Source: Macrostomum hystrix (taxonomy: Eukaryota > Animalia > Platyhelminthes). From it: DNA of 64,000 nt. Numbering within the stretch: the first letter of the stretch is position 1; each line of letters begins with the position of its first letter. The stretch is from contig CATNEN010000038.1 of the NCBI GenBank assembly GCA_950097015.1, positions 12,524,001 to 12,588,000 of the forward strand. Direction: 5' to 3'. This document shows, in pieces, positions 1-12,200 of this stretch. Under the pieces are notes generated by a model that did not search any database, was not told the DNA's origin, and saw only the letters and a list, made by a program, of their open reading frames with translations. The translations under genes were made by a program, and so were the position numbers.

Positions 1-201
1 ATTAAATGTTTACTAAATTATAATTTCTTGTCGTCAAATTCCTGAGTAAACTCAGGCGTCAAGGGATACTATCCAACTCTGAGTGCAAAAAGTACTTTTA
101 CTCAAATGTTGTTTCTTGAAATTCGTATAGTGCTGCTACGTACACGTTATTCCTGGGTGTGTTAATAAACTTTGCCAAAGATGAAGTTAAAAATTACTTA
201 C

Positions 202-3200
202 TCCATGTGCGATGCACTTTAGCTGCATTGTCCTGGCAGTGCGGCTCGTTGGTGCTGTTGCAGGGAGTTGAGCATACTTCATCAGAACCGGCTTTGCCAT
301 AAGTTGTGTAATCCGCAGAACAGAAACACAGTCTCATAACTGAATGGTTTTGATAAGTTCAATACTACGCGTAGGTTTAAAATATATCTAGATTCTTTAT
401 ATTTCGAGCATGAAAATTATTTTCAGTACCTTTGCTCGATGTTATCGTATTAGAAACATATGACTTATTAGAATCTGAAATATGTTGAGAGATAAATCTT
501 TGATCGCTCCCCATGAATGTGTTAATGAACATGAATGCTTGCAGTCAAAAGATGACAATTAAAATACCTTTGTAACAGAGGACACGAAGGGGCGCGGATT
601 CTAGCAGCAGAAGCTTTCTTTCTCCTAACTGAAATCCAAGGTTACTGCTGCTGCTGTTGGTTGGCAAAAGCTCTTCAATGAGGCCGTCGAACCCGCTATA
701 AAATGCTTTTGCTGCATTGCTCCCTACAAAATAAACGAAAAATGGCAGTAAGAACAAGGAATATCGTCTTCTCAAAGCTAATGGCTAAAGTATGCACAAT
801 TTTACCTGACTTCATAATATATACCCAAGGTCCTCGATAAAACTCGTGGAGATACGCTGAAAGTTATTCGAAGAAGTTATGGTATACATGCGTGCTTACA
901 CGCTGTGTTTTGACCGCGTTGCAAATACAATGTTTTGTTTCATATATTTTTCTGTTTTCCCGTACACGGGACTTGTACCAGGTAACAATTTTCGATAGTC
1001 AATGAAAAGCGAGAAAATAATGAATTAAAAATAGCACACAAATTAAATCTAAAGTAACCAAAAAAGCAAATTTTTGTTGCAGTAAGCAAATCGAAAAGCA
1101 TAAGCATATACTTACAGAGCCATTCTGAAACAGTGTCATTAAGCAGAACTAACACAGAGCCACCAATCTCATTGCATAGAGCATCAGCTTGTGGTTTTAG
1201 ACTGCTTGACGAGAAGGAAATAATTTCCCTCGCCATCTTGAAGTTGAGGTTTTTCTGAATGGACACACAGCCGCCCAACTCCGGGATGAAAAGCCAGCTG
1301 GGAGTGCTGCATCTCGCCAGGTTATCGTCGGTCTCTGCGGATAATGGGTCTGTGACTGTCTGAGAATGTTCTCTGGGGTGATAATAAAGCAGATAATACA
1401 CGTACGAGCGTTGCTCCTAGTAGTTTGGAACATGGCATATGGCTGTCCCAAGGATCCACAGGCCTCAACGCAGGTCGCTTCACTGTCAGCCGCCTCTGTG
1501 GAATTGCGCAGCATGATGGCGTCGTCAGCTCTGGGGTCCCACTGAAGGTAGTAGCAGCCCATGTAGGCGTTTGTTTCTGAAATTAACAAGCTTCTTGGTA
1601 CTCATGGTACTAGCATATTAGCTGTGGATTAGTTTAAAGTTCAATAACTAACCGTTAAATTCTCTGTAAGGCGTCGCCAGTGGTAGAAGCTGAAGCTCCG
1701 GGCTAAATGTGCTGTCAATGACGTCAACGAGCAGACTGGTAGTCACAACTGGTCTCTGGTACATTATTGTCCGAGGCGTGAAGAATGCACCGAATGAAGG
1801 ATATAGCTGGAATAGAAAGATATTTCCCTTATAAAAATCTAACTGTCCCCGTTATATAAAGAAATTCTCTTGGTATTATTACGAAAAGAACTGCTGAAAA
1901 TTACCTCGGAATTGTAGTTCATGATAATTCTATGTTCCATGCGGTCAGAGTTGTAGTACTTATGACGAAGTGACCGAAATGCATCGTTTTCTTTAAAAAA
2001 ATTAGCAAAAACATGTATTCTTGTTGCAATGAACTTTGCAACATTCTCGGAAACTTCATGCTTACCCCTGAAGATAATTCCTAATACTACAGCAGGTTCA
2101 GAAAATGTCACGTTGAGAATCGTACTGGAAAGCTTTGTTACAAGGGCGCTCATTCTGAAAAATGAAAACCCCTTTGAAAGAAACAGCGATCCACTTTTTA
2201 TTTCCTCGTATGTATATGAGTTTAAATAAATTATTGATCAACTTACATCTCGGAGAAGCAGGTAGATGTGTAGTACATCTTAGAGTTTCTCATTTGCAAT
2301 TTGCTAAATGACTCTTGAGTAATGAACATTCTTTGTAAGTCCTGACAAGACGCAGCGATTCGCATCTGCTTGTAGTCTGAAAACATGGCACGCTTTTATT
2401 CACTTACGAGTAACTAAATCTTAATAGAATCAACGTCACCTACATTCTCCAGAGGACTGCTTCTTTCGCGTCTTTCTAATTATAGATTCTTATTAGCCCG
2501 AAAACGATACTCACAAGTTCGATACCAGGCCGTCTCATTGTCAGATCCGCAGTAAGACAGATTAACCCCGCGGCAGTTTCTCTGGTGGCAGACACTAAGA
2601 GCCCCAGTTTCTGCTTCGATGGGCAGTGCGGAGCTGCAGAAGCATTGGCCAGGCTGAAGTCCAGCGTAATTGAAGCCAATCGTGCGACACATGTGCAGGC
2701 ACTGCTGCGGGATCTGGTTCTGCGGAGGGCCTTGAAGCGACACTGAAATACTTCCCGGCGGCGCTCTGCCACATGTAGCGTAGACTGCGAAGTGCAATTA
2801 AGAGGTAAGCGACATTCATCATTTATATATTAAAATCAGCACAGCGATAAAAAATAAAATAAGAAACGTCTATATTTTCATTAAATGAGACTCTGTAGCA
2901 TAATTATAATTTTTTCAGCAGACTGTGCTAGAAAAAGATCGCCACCTCGCCGTTAACCTGGAAGCTTGTTCTGGTTCCGCCGAGTCCGTATTTACCTATT
3001 GAACCATCCGTGTAAATTGCCGAGTCTCTCGAATCACATTTTGTGGCTCAACGGAACAATGTGGCTCTCATTAAAATTAGTAGGCCAAATATTGATTGGT
3101 TGAGAAGTGGTCTAAGTTGTCTTTTACAGGACAGTGTTTTTTACAGGACCTGACAATGACCTGAGGGACATGCCCATGAAGGATACTGTGATGTTATTCA

Positions 3201-6200
3201 ATAGACTCTTGAATGTTATTCAATGCGTTCACTCTGCACCACTTTGTATTATGGCTTTGCTACCATCGATTGTTTATGTCTGTCGGTTCTTAGTGCAAGC
3301 TGAGTTGTTTATCAGTGTCACGCGTGGCTTGCGTGCTGGTTGAGGTGGCTGGCCCGCGGGGCCCAGCCGTGCCCTAAGCCCTAGGGTCAAATAGAACAGA
3401 GCGATAATATAAGGAGCCGCAACTTCCAACTGGCTCGCTACGATCTTGTGAATCAATTCTTGGCCAGCCTTCAGTCTTAAGTCATTACAAATGGCGACGA
3501 GTTCCGCGCTAGGTGGAATCCCCGTGCTCTCCGCTAACACAGATATCGATGTATATCTGGAGAGACTAGATCACTACTTCACATGCAAAGATGTGAAAGA
3601 GGAGGCGAAGGTGGCCACACTTGTTACGGCAATCGGCGCGGAGGCCTACACGGTGCTACGCAATCTGTGCCAGCCTGACAAGGTAGCGGACAAGACGCTG
3701 GACCAGCTGTCTGAGATTCTGCGCGACCACTATGCACCGAAGCCTTCAGTGCTGGCAGCTCGATTTCGTTTCCAGCGGCGCGTGCAGCAACCCGGCGAGA
3801 GTTTCACGGACTTTGTCGCTGGCTTGAAGGCCTTGTCCGCTCATTGCGCCTTCCAGAACTCATTGGAGGAGCGGCTGCGCGACCAGCTTGTCTTCGGACT
3901 GTACAGCGACGCCTTCCGTGCGAAGCTCCTGGAGGAGGTGAATCCCACATTCAAATCGCTGCAGGAGAAAATGCTCCTCCTTGAGTCAACCGAGCGATCC
4001 TCGCAGGAGATGGCAAGTAAGCCGACGGCGGCCGTCGCCCAGTTGCGCACGCATGGAGGCAAGCGGAGCCAGCGCCGAGGTGCCACTCCAGCTGCACTCG
4101 GCGGCGACTCTCCACATCAACGAAGCGTCAAGGGCGGAAATAGCGGCAACTCCGGCAAAGGCGGAGACAACGGCCGAAATGGTGGAACCTGCGCAAGCTG
4201 TGGTGGCGCCCACAGCCGTCAACTCTGCAAGCTGCGAGACGCCAAATGCCATTCATGCGGCAAGACGGGCCACATCCGCAAGGTCTGCCGCTCGCCCAAG
4301 CTGCAGCTTCTGCAGGAAACCTCGCCTTCGTCACCGGATGCCTCGTCGCAGATGCCGATTTTCACCGTCCAGCCGCCCTGTGGCAGCTTAGGACCGACGG
4401 TGCAGCTACAAGTGAACGGGCGCCAGTGCCAGTTCATCATCGACACCGGCTCCGCTGTCACTCTATTGCCGCAGAATTTGCAGCGGAGGCTTCTGCCGCA
4501 GCTCCCACTGAAGCCATCAACCGCCGTCCTGCGCACCTTCACCGACGAACGATTTCGCCCCATCGGCCAGGCGGTGGTCACCGTCAACCACAATAGCCAG
4601 CAGCTGCAGCTCCCGCTGCTTGTCGTCACGCAGGGCGAATCGGCGCTGCTCGGACGGGACTGGCTGGCTAAGCTGCGGCTGGACTGGCCGAGCATCATGG
4701 CGCAGGTCCACGCCGTCTCCGCGGACGAGAGCATCGGTGACCTCATCAAGGAGTTCGCGCCAGTCTTCGAAGACGGCCTCGGTGAGTTTCGGCACGGTCA
4801 GGTGCGGTTGCAAGTCTCCGATGACGCGCAGCCGAAGTTCTTCAAGGCCCGCCCGGTCCCCTACGCTCTTCGGGAGCGTGTTGACGCCGAGCTTCAGCGC
4901 ATGGAGGCCAGCGGGATCATCACGGCCGTCAAGCACAGCTACTGGGCAGCGCCGATCGTACCGGTTGTTAAGAAGGATGGCAGCGTCCGGATCTGCGGCG
5001 ACTACAAGCTGACCTACAACCAGGCGAGCCGGCCGGAGCACTATCCACTGCCGCGGATCGAGGATCTCTTTGCGAAGCTCGGCGGCGGCTGCAAATGGTC
5101 CAAGCTGGACCTGTCCAACGCCTTCTTGCAGCTTCCGCTGGCCGAAGACAGCAAGGCGTTCCTCACCATCAACACGCCGCGAGGTCTTTTCCAAGTCAAC
5201 CGCCTGCCTTTCGGTATCTCGAGCGCCAGCGCAATCTTCCAGCGGACGCTGGACACCCTGCTGGGAGACCTGGACGCCGTCCAAGTGTTCGTCGACGACA
5301 TACTGGTCACAGGCCGCACTCTGCAGCAGCACAAGAAGAATCTCGCGCTGGCTCTGCAACGCCTGCAGGGCGCCGGCCTTCGCCTGAACAAGAGCAAGTG
5401 CCAGTTCTTCAAGGACTCGGTCGAGTATCTTGGGCATCGCATCGACGCAAACGGCCTCAGCCCGCTGCCTGACCGAGTCGCCGCAGTCCAGGACGCACCT
5501 GCCCCGACGGACGTCAGCCAGCTGCGCTCGTTTCTTGGAATGCTGGCGCAGTACGGCAAATTCCTGCCGAATCTATCCACCGTGCTGGCGCCGCTGCATC
5601 AGCTCCTGGTCAAGAACACGCGCTGGTCCTGGGAACGGCCGCAGCAGCAAGCGTTCGCCGAGGCAAAGCGGCTGCTGCTTCGGTCCCCGGTGCTCGTGCA
5701 CTACAGCCCGGACCTGCCGCTGCGATTGGAGTGCGACGCCTCTCCCTACGGCCTTGGCGTAGTGCTGACGCACCGCATCGGCGACAAGGACTGCGCGGTC
5801 GCCTTCGCTAGCCGGAGCCTGACCACGGCACAGCGCGGCTACTCGCAACTGGACAAGGAGGCGCTGGCCATCATGTTCGGCCTGGACCGCTTCCACCAGT
5901 TCCTCTATGGCCGCCGCTTCACCATCGTCACTGACCATCTGCCGCTGCTGGGGCTGCTAGGCGAGCGCAAGGGCATCCCGGCGCATGCGGCCGCCCGCAT
6001 GCAGCGCTGGGCCATCCGCCTGGCGAGCTACGACTATGCGCTCGAGTTCCGGCCGACGGAGAAGCACGCTAACTGCGACTCGCTCTCGCGACTGCCGCTG
6101 CCGCAGCTGTTCGAGGAGGAGGCGGCCGTCAACTCGCTGCTACTCGACGAGGGGGCCGGATCGGCCGTCACGGCGCAGACGGTGTCGCGACACACGCGGA

Positions 6201-9200
6201 CAGACGCATCGCTGGGCCGCGTGCTACGCTGCCTGCAGACTGGGGCGCCCATCGGCGCCGAGCTGAGCGACTACGCCCGGCGGCAGACGGAGCTGTCGGT
6301 TGACCAAGGCTGCGTGTTGTGGGGCGCCAGAGTCGTAGTACCAGCGGCGCTGCGCGATCACGTGATCCAAGAGCTCCACCAGGCGCATCCAGGCACCAGC
6401 AGAATGCGCGCCCTAGCTCGCAGCTACGTCTGGTGGCCAGGAATCGACGGCGATTTGGAGGCTGCTACTAAGACCTGCAGGACCTGTCAGCTCAACCAGC
6501 CCGACCCGCCAAAGGCGCCCGTGCAGCCGTGGCCGTTCCCGTCGGAGCCGTGGGAGCGCCTGCATGTCGACTTCGCCGGGCCTGTCGACGGTCATGTGTA
6601 CCTGGTGGTGGTGGACGCCCACAGCAAGTGGCCGGAGGTCGTGCGGATGCGCTGCACCACAGCGGCAGCCACAATCGTGAGTCTGCGGGAGATCTTCGCC
6701 CGCCAAGGCATCCCGCGCACGCTGGTGTCCGACAACGGGCCGCAGTTCGCCTCCGCCGAGTTCGCCGAATTCACCCGAGCCAATGGCATTCGTCATGTGT
6801 TCTCGGCACCTTTCCATCCTGCCACGAATGGCCAAGCCGAGCGCTTCGTCCAAGTTCTAAAGCGGCATCTGCTCAAGAGCGGTCATTCTGATGCCGAGCT
6901 CCAGCGACTGCTGCTCGGCTACCGCAACACGCCGCACAGCGTCAGTGGCGTCGCTCCCAGCCAACTACTCATCGGCCGGCGGCTCCGATGCCGCCTGGAT
7001 CTACTGGCACCGTCACTGGCCGACGACGTGCGACAGCGACAGGAGCAGCTGCTACCGAGCAGGAAGGCGGCGCGTGAGTTCCAAACCGGTGATCGTGTGC
7101 TCTTCCGCGACTTCAGCGCCGGTGCGAGAGCCGGCGACACGCCGCGCTGGGCGGAGGGCGTCATCAAGGGCGCTGGCAGCCGCAACTGCATCGTCGACTC
7201 ACAGCGCGGTCAGCACATGCGGCATGCGGATCAGCTGGTTGCGGCCCGCGCTGACGGCTTCGACCTCGACATCGCTGATGCCGGCCAGCCGCTAACTGAT
7301 GGCGGCGGTGACGCGACCCTGGGAACTGGCGGTGCGCGCGCCACTCCTGATACTGTCGCCAGCGGCGCCACCAGCGGTGAGGCGGCACCTGAACCCGCCG
7401 ACGGACCGGAGAGCAACGCGCGTCGGGATGCCACGAATCCCCGGCGGTACCCTCTGAGAGCTCGTGGCCCACCTGAGAGACTGCAGCTGTGATGGGAGAA
7501 AACTGACTCAGAGGGGAGATGTGATGTTATTCAATAGACTCTTGAATGTTATTCAATGCGTTCACTCTGCACCACTTTGTATTATGGCTTTGCTACCATC
7601 GATTGTTTATGTCTGTCGGTTCTTAGTGCAAGCTGAGTTGTTTATCAGTGTCACGCGTGGCTTGCGTGCTGGTTGAGGTGGCTGGCCCGCGGGGCCCAGC
7701 CGTGCCCTAAGCCCTAGGGTCAAATAGAACAGAGCGATAATATAAGGAGCCGCAACTTCCAACTGGCTCGCTACGATCTTGTGAATCAATTCTTGGCCAG
7801 CCTTCAGTCTTAAGTCATTACAGATACCGCGTGAAGGCTCATTGCTCATTGAAAGGAGCTGCTCTGAAAAAGGGTAATTTCACAGAGGTAAGCCCACAGA
7901 ACCAAGGATGAACCTGAAGTTTTTTCTTTTTGTGTTAGACAATTTTCGTCTGCTTTGATTCACATAATAATCGCTTCTGGACCTTTAAGACGGACTTTGA
8001 CCGTGGAAAATGAAGTACGAATAACCCGATCATTGGCCGTTGGCCTCTTGTGCCAGTGTTGAAGACAAAAATTAAAATATTCGAATTAATACAGAAGTCT
8101 GAGGTCTATGCGGCAAGTAGTTACCCATTCAAAGTGTCTTACCTAGGCTCGTGGCACAGATTGATGCAAAGCCCATGTCAGTTTCAGCAGGAATAACCGA
8201 CCCATTCCACATGTAGAAGCGTGCGAATTTTCCCTTTTCGTAGCCGCTCTGCCCCAGGTAGCCACCTGGCCGTCCAGTGAAGTAGACAAAATCACCCATT
8301 GAGCTGATTACCGGCGATTGAGACAGGCTCTCATTCAGTTTTCCGTAACCAAGCAGCCATTTTGGATGCTTGTAATTGTGATACGGTAGCAGCGTCGTCA
8401 GATTCCTAACAAACTCATAATGCTCTCTGCTTGGAAATGTTACCAAGGAGCTGTTGCTACGAACGCAGGTAGCTCTGGCTTCTGACTCTGGCATTGGGTT
8501 TGCAAGGAAGCCAGATGTTTGGTAGCAGCTGCCTTGGAACGCGTACAATCCATCGGCGCAGTCAGTTTCATCTGAAGTTTCATCAAAAGTTAATCACGAA
8601 TTGCATGGCGACTCTCTAACCTAATTCACTGAATTGTAATATGCGGCGAAATCGAATTGGTTGGGGGGGCATCTTCTTCAAATTGCGATAAAAAGGCCAA
8701 GGGCATAGCGGTACACGAATCACAAAAACTTCTAAACGTACCTGTGAATCCGCAGTCTATGAAGTAAGTTTCGTTCATAGCTGAGTCGTAGAGCTTGTAC
8801 CGATATTTCAAGTGAATATCGTTGGCGTACAGAGTTAAGCAGTTCTCAGCAGGAAGAAGATTTTCTAAAAAAGTTTTTTAGGACTGTAACAAACACTAAT
8901 GATTATATTTGAGCCAAAAGTCACCAATATGTACACCAATTTTACACAACTTGAATTATGTCATAAACAATATAGTTGAACTGTTTGTATAATTTTTTAT
9001 GAAACATACCTGTGCTGTGCACCGAGAAGTACTGCTCGGGGCGACCGCAAAACTGATCCGGGTTTCCAGGACAGGACGCATTGCAGGAGCGCTGCGGCAA
9101 GGTCTCCTGGATCCCGTACTCGGTGGTGGAGAGGCTGCTCAGGCAGGAGCAGTTCTGCTGCAGCACAGCGGAGTAGGCCAGGCCGGCGGAGAAGCACAGG

Positions 9201-12200
9201 TAGCGGCACATGGACAGGCTCATGAAGCTGGACCGGAATGACACGTTGCTGGGCCTGGTGATCTTCAGACAGCCCGGGTCCCTCTCGGTGGTCTCGCAGA
9301 CGTAGCTGGCCACAGGACTGGAGTTGTGCGAATTTCCGAACAGGTCGTAGAAGAAGTTGTTGTAGATAGTATAGTTCCAGGGAGTGACCTTATGCTGCAC
9401 TGAAGTTAGGTCCACGTTATCTGGAGCGTTCTTAACAACCAGGTCAGTTTTCCGGCTCAATAGGAAGCGTTTGCTTTGATTTAAAGAGATGCTGTCAGAG
9501 TGGATGAAGCCGTTGAGCCACATGGGGATTCGCAGCAGCTTTGGATCAGTGAGTCCTAGCCACCAGAACTGCGAGTTCTTTAACTCTTGAATGTCTAAAA
9601 TAGAGCGATTTCGTTTACAATGCGTAGAAAAGTTTTTCGTGAGGCCAACACTAAGAAATGGATTCAATACTTACTGGAGATCACCAGTGAAAAAAACTGA
9701 TAATGGTATTTGCTGGGGAAAGCTGCTAAATTCCCACCAGCAGCCGCGCATTCACTTTCAGCTCTATCGAAGGAAGCCAACCCGGCGTGAAACGAAAAGC
9801 AGGAGCCTCCAAAAGCGAAGCTGATATTTCCCTTGCAGGTAGCTGATGAATTGTCTGCGTACGGTTTAAAAATGATTTACTTAGACTGATATAAGAGTAT
9901 AATATACTCGATTCAACGCTTTGAATGTTCCTTAAGGATGCGAAGATACTCTTTAGTACACATGTTTCAGACTCGATTGATTCTGTACGACGAGGTAAAG
10001 GGAAGCTGTAGCCAACGTTCTCAATATCAGATAAGTTTGACTTCCAATTATTATTATTTGAAAGCCCAGGGGCACTTGAGCCCACGAGGTGCAGTGAGAG
10101 TGTACACTTCCTGAAGATTAGAAAGTCAGGGCAGATGTTCACAACTGCTAGGGTGTGTAAGTGCCAGCTAAGGGGCCAGCGGAATATGCACTTTTAAAAT
10201 AAGAGTCGAGTAATTCGTGGATATTGTCCTTTTGTTTAAGAAGTCCCAAGTGACAATTTAGCGACTTCAATTAAATGTGCTCACCTGCCAAATAGCAGTA
10301 TTTAAACTGATTTTTTATTAGATAAAACCCAGATACGACAAAGCCCTTCAGAAATATGCCCATGCACGAGTCAGCAGATATGTCCTGAAGCTTTGAATCT
10401 GAAAAAATGGTATTCGTGTTCTTATCCTGGAGTTAATTGTGATGATTGAAATCGAATTAGTAACTTATAATGGACAGTCCGACGTATTATTTTACTCTGC
10501 TCACCAACTCTATACACAGAAACGACGTCGCTTTCTGTTGATTCCGACAGACCGCCACAAGTTTGATATCGGTTGCCGCTGCAGGTGAGTGAGCAGGCGC
10601 TACTCGGCAATCTGCTGGCTAGAGCAGAGTTAGTCAGTTCTGAGAAGGTGATGCAATAGCACAAGCTCTGACTCAGTGCAGCCAGTTCGACAGCCTTTGC
10701 GCCGCATGTAGCCAAGCACTGACGTAGGTGCAGCTGGGGATCAAACATCGGTTGCTGGAAGCCGGAGATCCTGGACCAGTACAGTGTGTAGCAGCCTAGA
10801 AATGCTGAAAGCAATGAATGAATGAAATTAATCCTACGTTGAATATCTAGTATGATATCTGTATTGATAACATGACATCAGTAAGTCTCTACTTTTTCTT
10901 AAAGGCTTCTCGCAAAATGCCCCAGCCAGTCGTCGGTTGCAGTCCTGCAACCTGTAGTTATATGGCAATATTTCCCCGTCTTCTCTGACATTGGAGACGC
11001 TCGCTGCATAATCCGAACAATTGGAAGTGACACAGAAGTCAACCGTTTTTAAATTGGTGTGCTTGTTGTTTGTCAGTATCTCGAAACAATTCACGGAGCT
11101 GTTGAACTCGCGGTACTTCAGTTGGTCAACCTGCAGGCCGCAGATCAAGGAGGCGTACTTAACAGCTGCTCCGCTTGCCGTGTCCAGCTGATTTGTGGAA
11201 GTTCGATCCGCGACACCGATCCAGAATCCCTGGCTCTCAATGACGGAAGACTGTCCGTAGCGAGTGTAGCCGTGGAAATAGTTGGCCGCCGTCCATATGG
11301 GGCCAGGAGAGTTGAAATCCGAAGCGGCCTGAGGCACCGCTAGAGTAGCGTTAAAGTGGTTGCAGAACAAGCGGGCCTCATCGTAGGTAGTCACCATGGC
11401 GGTGAGCTGATAACAAGTCTCGTTCACCTGCAGCCAGCCCGGATCGCAGCTGTCCTCAGCCGATAGCCAGTAAGGCTCACTCTGCTCAAGGCAATCAGTG
11501 CAGGGTTCCGATTCGATTTGGTAAACATTTGTCGGATTCGAAGACTTCTTCATTGCAATGCTGTTTGTGTTCAGTTTGAGAATGTTCGCTTCAGTGCAGC
11601 TTGAGTAGGGTTCCAAAGCATTATTGGAACTGAATAAATAAGTTTTTGTCCACAAAGCCATGCTTGAAACGCCGGTGTCGCCGCTAAAGTTGTAAAGTGA
11701 CCTCGGATTAGTAAAAGTGGCGTGCAGAACTGGGGTGTCGGGAATGCAGCTCCATGTAGTGTCCAACAGGGCGAAGTAGGCCAAGTTTGAGTCGCTATCT
11801 AAATTATAGCACACGTCCCTGCCCCCTGCTTGCCAGTAGATCTTGAACACCGTTTCATTTATATCTGCACTGAAAAGTTTAAAGGGTGAGTAGCAGAAGG
11901 ATTAACGCGTTTGCCTTTACGCGCTAATCACCAACGTCCCTGAGCACGATGGCCTCATTCCTTTAGTGAGAAGTTTTGGGGGCTAATTGTGCCTTTCACG
12001 CCCTTAAAGGCCAACCTCCAGGGCCCACCTCCAGGGCCCAGTGAGAATGTACACTGCCTGACGATGAGAAAGTCAAGGCAGATGTACACACCTGTACATA
12101 CTCCTGAGTGTGTACTCAGGAGTCAGTGGAATGGGCACAACGGCCTCTTGCGCGTCCTCCTGCAATTATTATTACAATGTTATCTCGCACAATAAAGATG

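Larger units (their letters stand above)
3187..7822 (+). mobile_element. Full-length Ty3/Gypsy LTR retrotransposon (Mag-like), intronic and antisense to gene B
   Basis: Two 303-bp TG...CA LTRs; 5-bp TSD GATAC (3182-3186, 7823-7827); PBS; PPT AGAGGGGAGA (7510-7519); single gag-pol ORF. Confidence 0.97.

Noticed and set aside
3841-7472. Many overlapping alternative-frame and antisense ORFs within gag-pol
   Set aside because: Expected shadows of GC-rich coding sequence.
12058-12071. CTGACGA...GAAA hammerhead-like core in the SINE hairpin
   Set aside because: Only 3 nt lie between the motifs (no stem II), there is no stem III or NUH site, and the bases are tied up in a simple hairpin.
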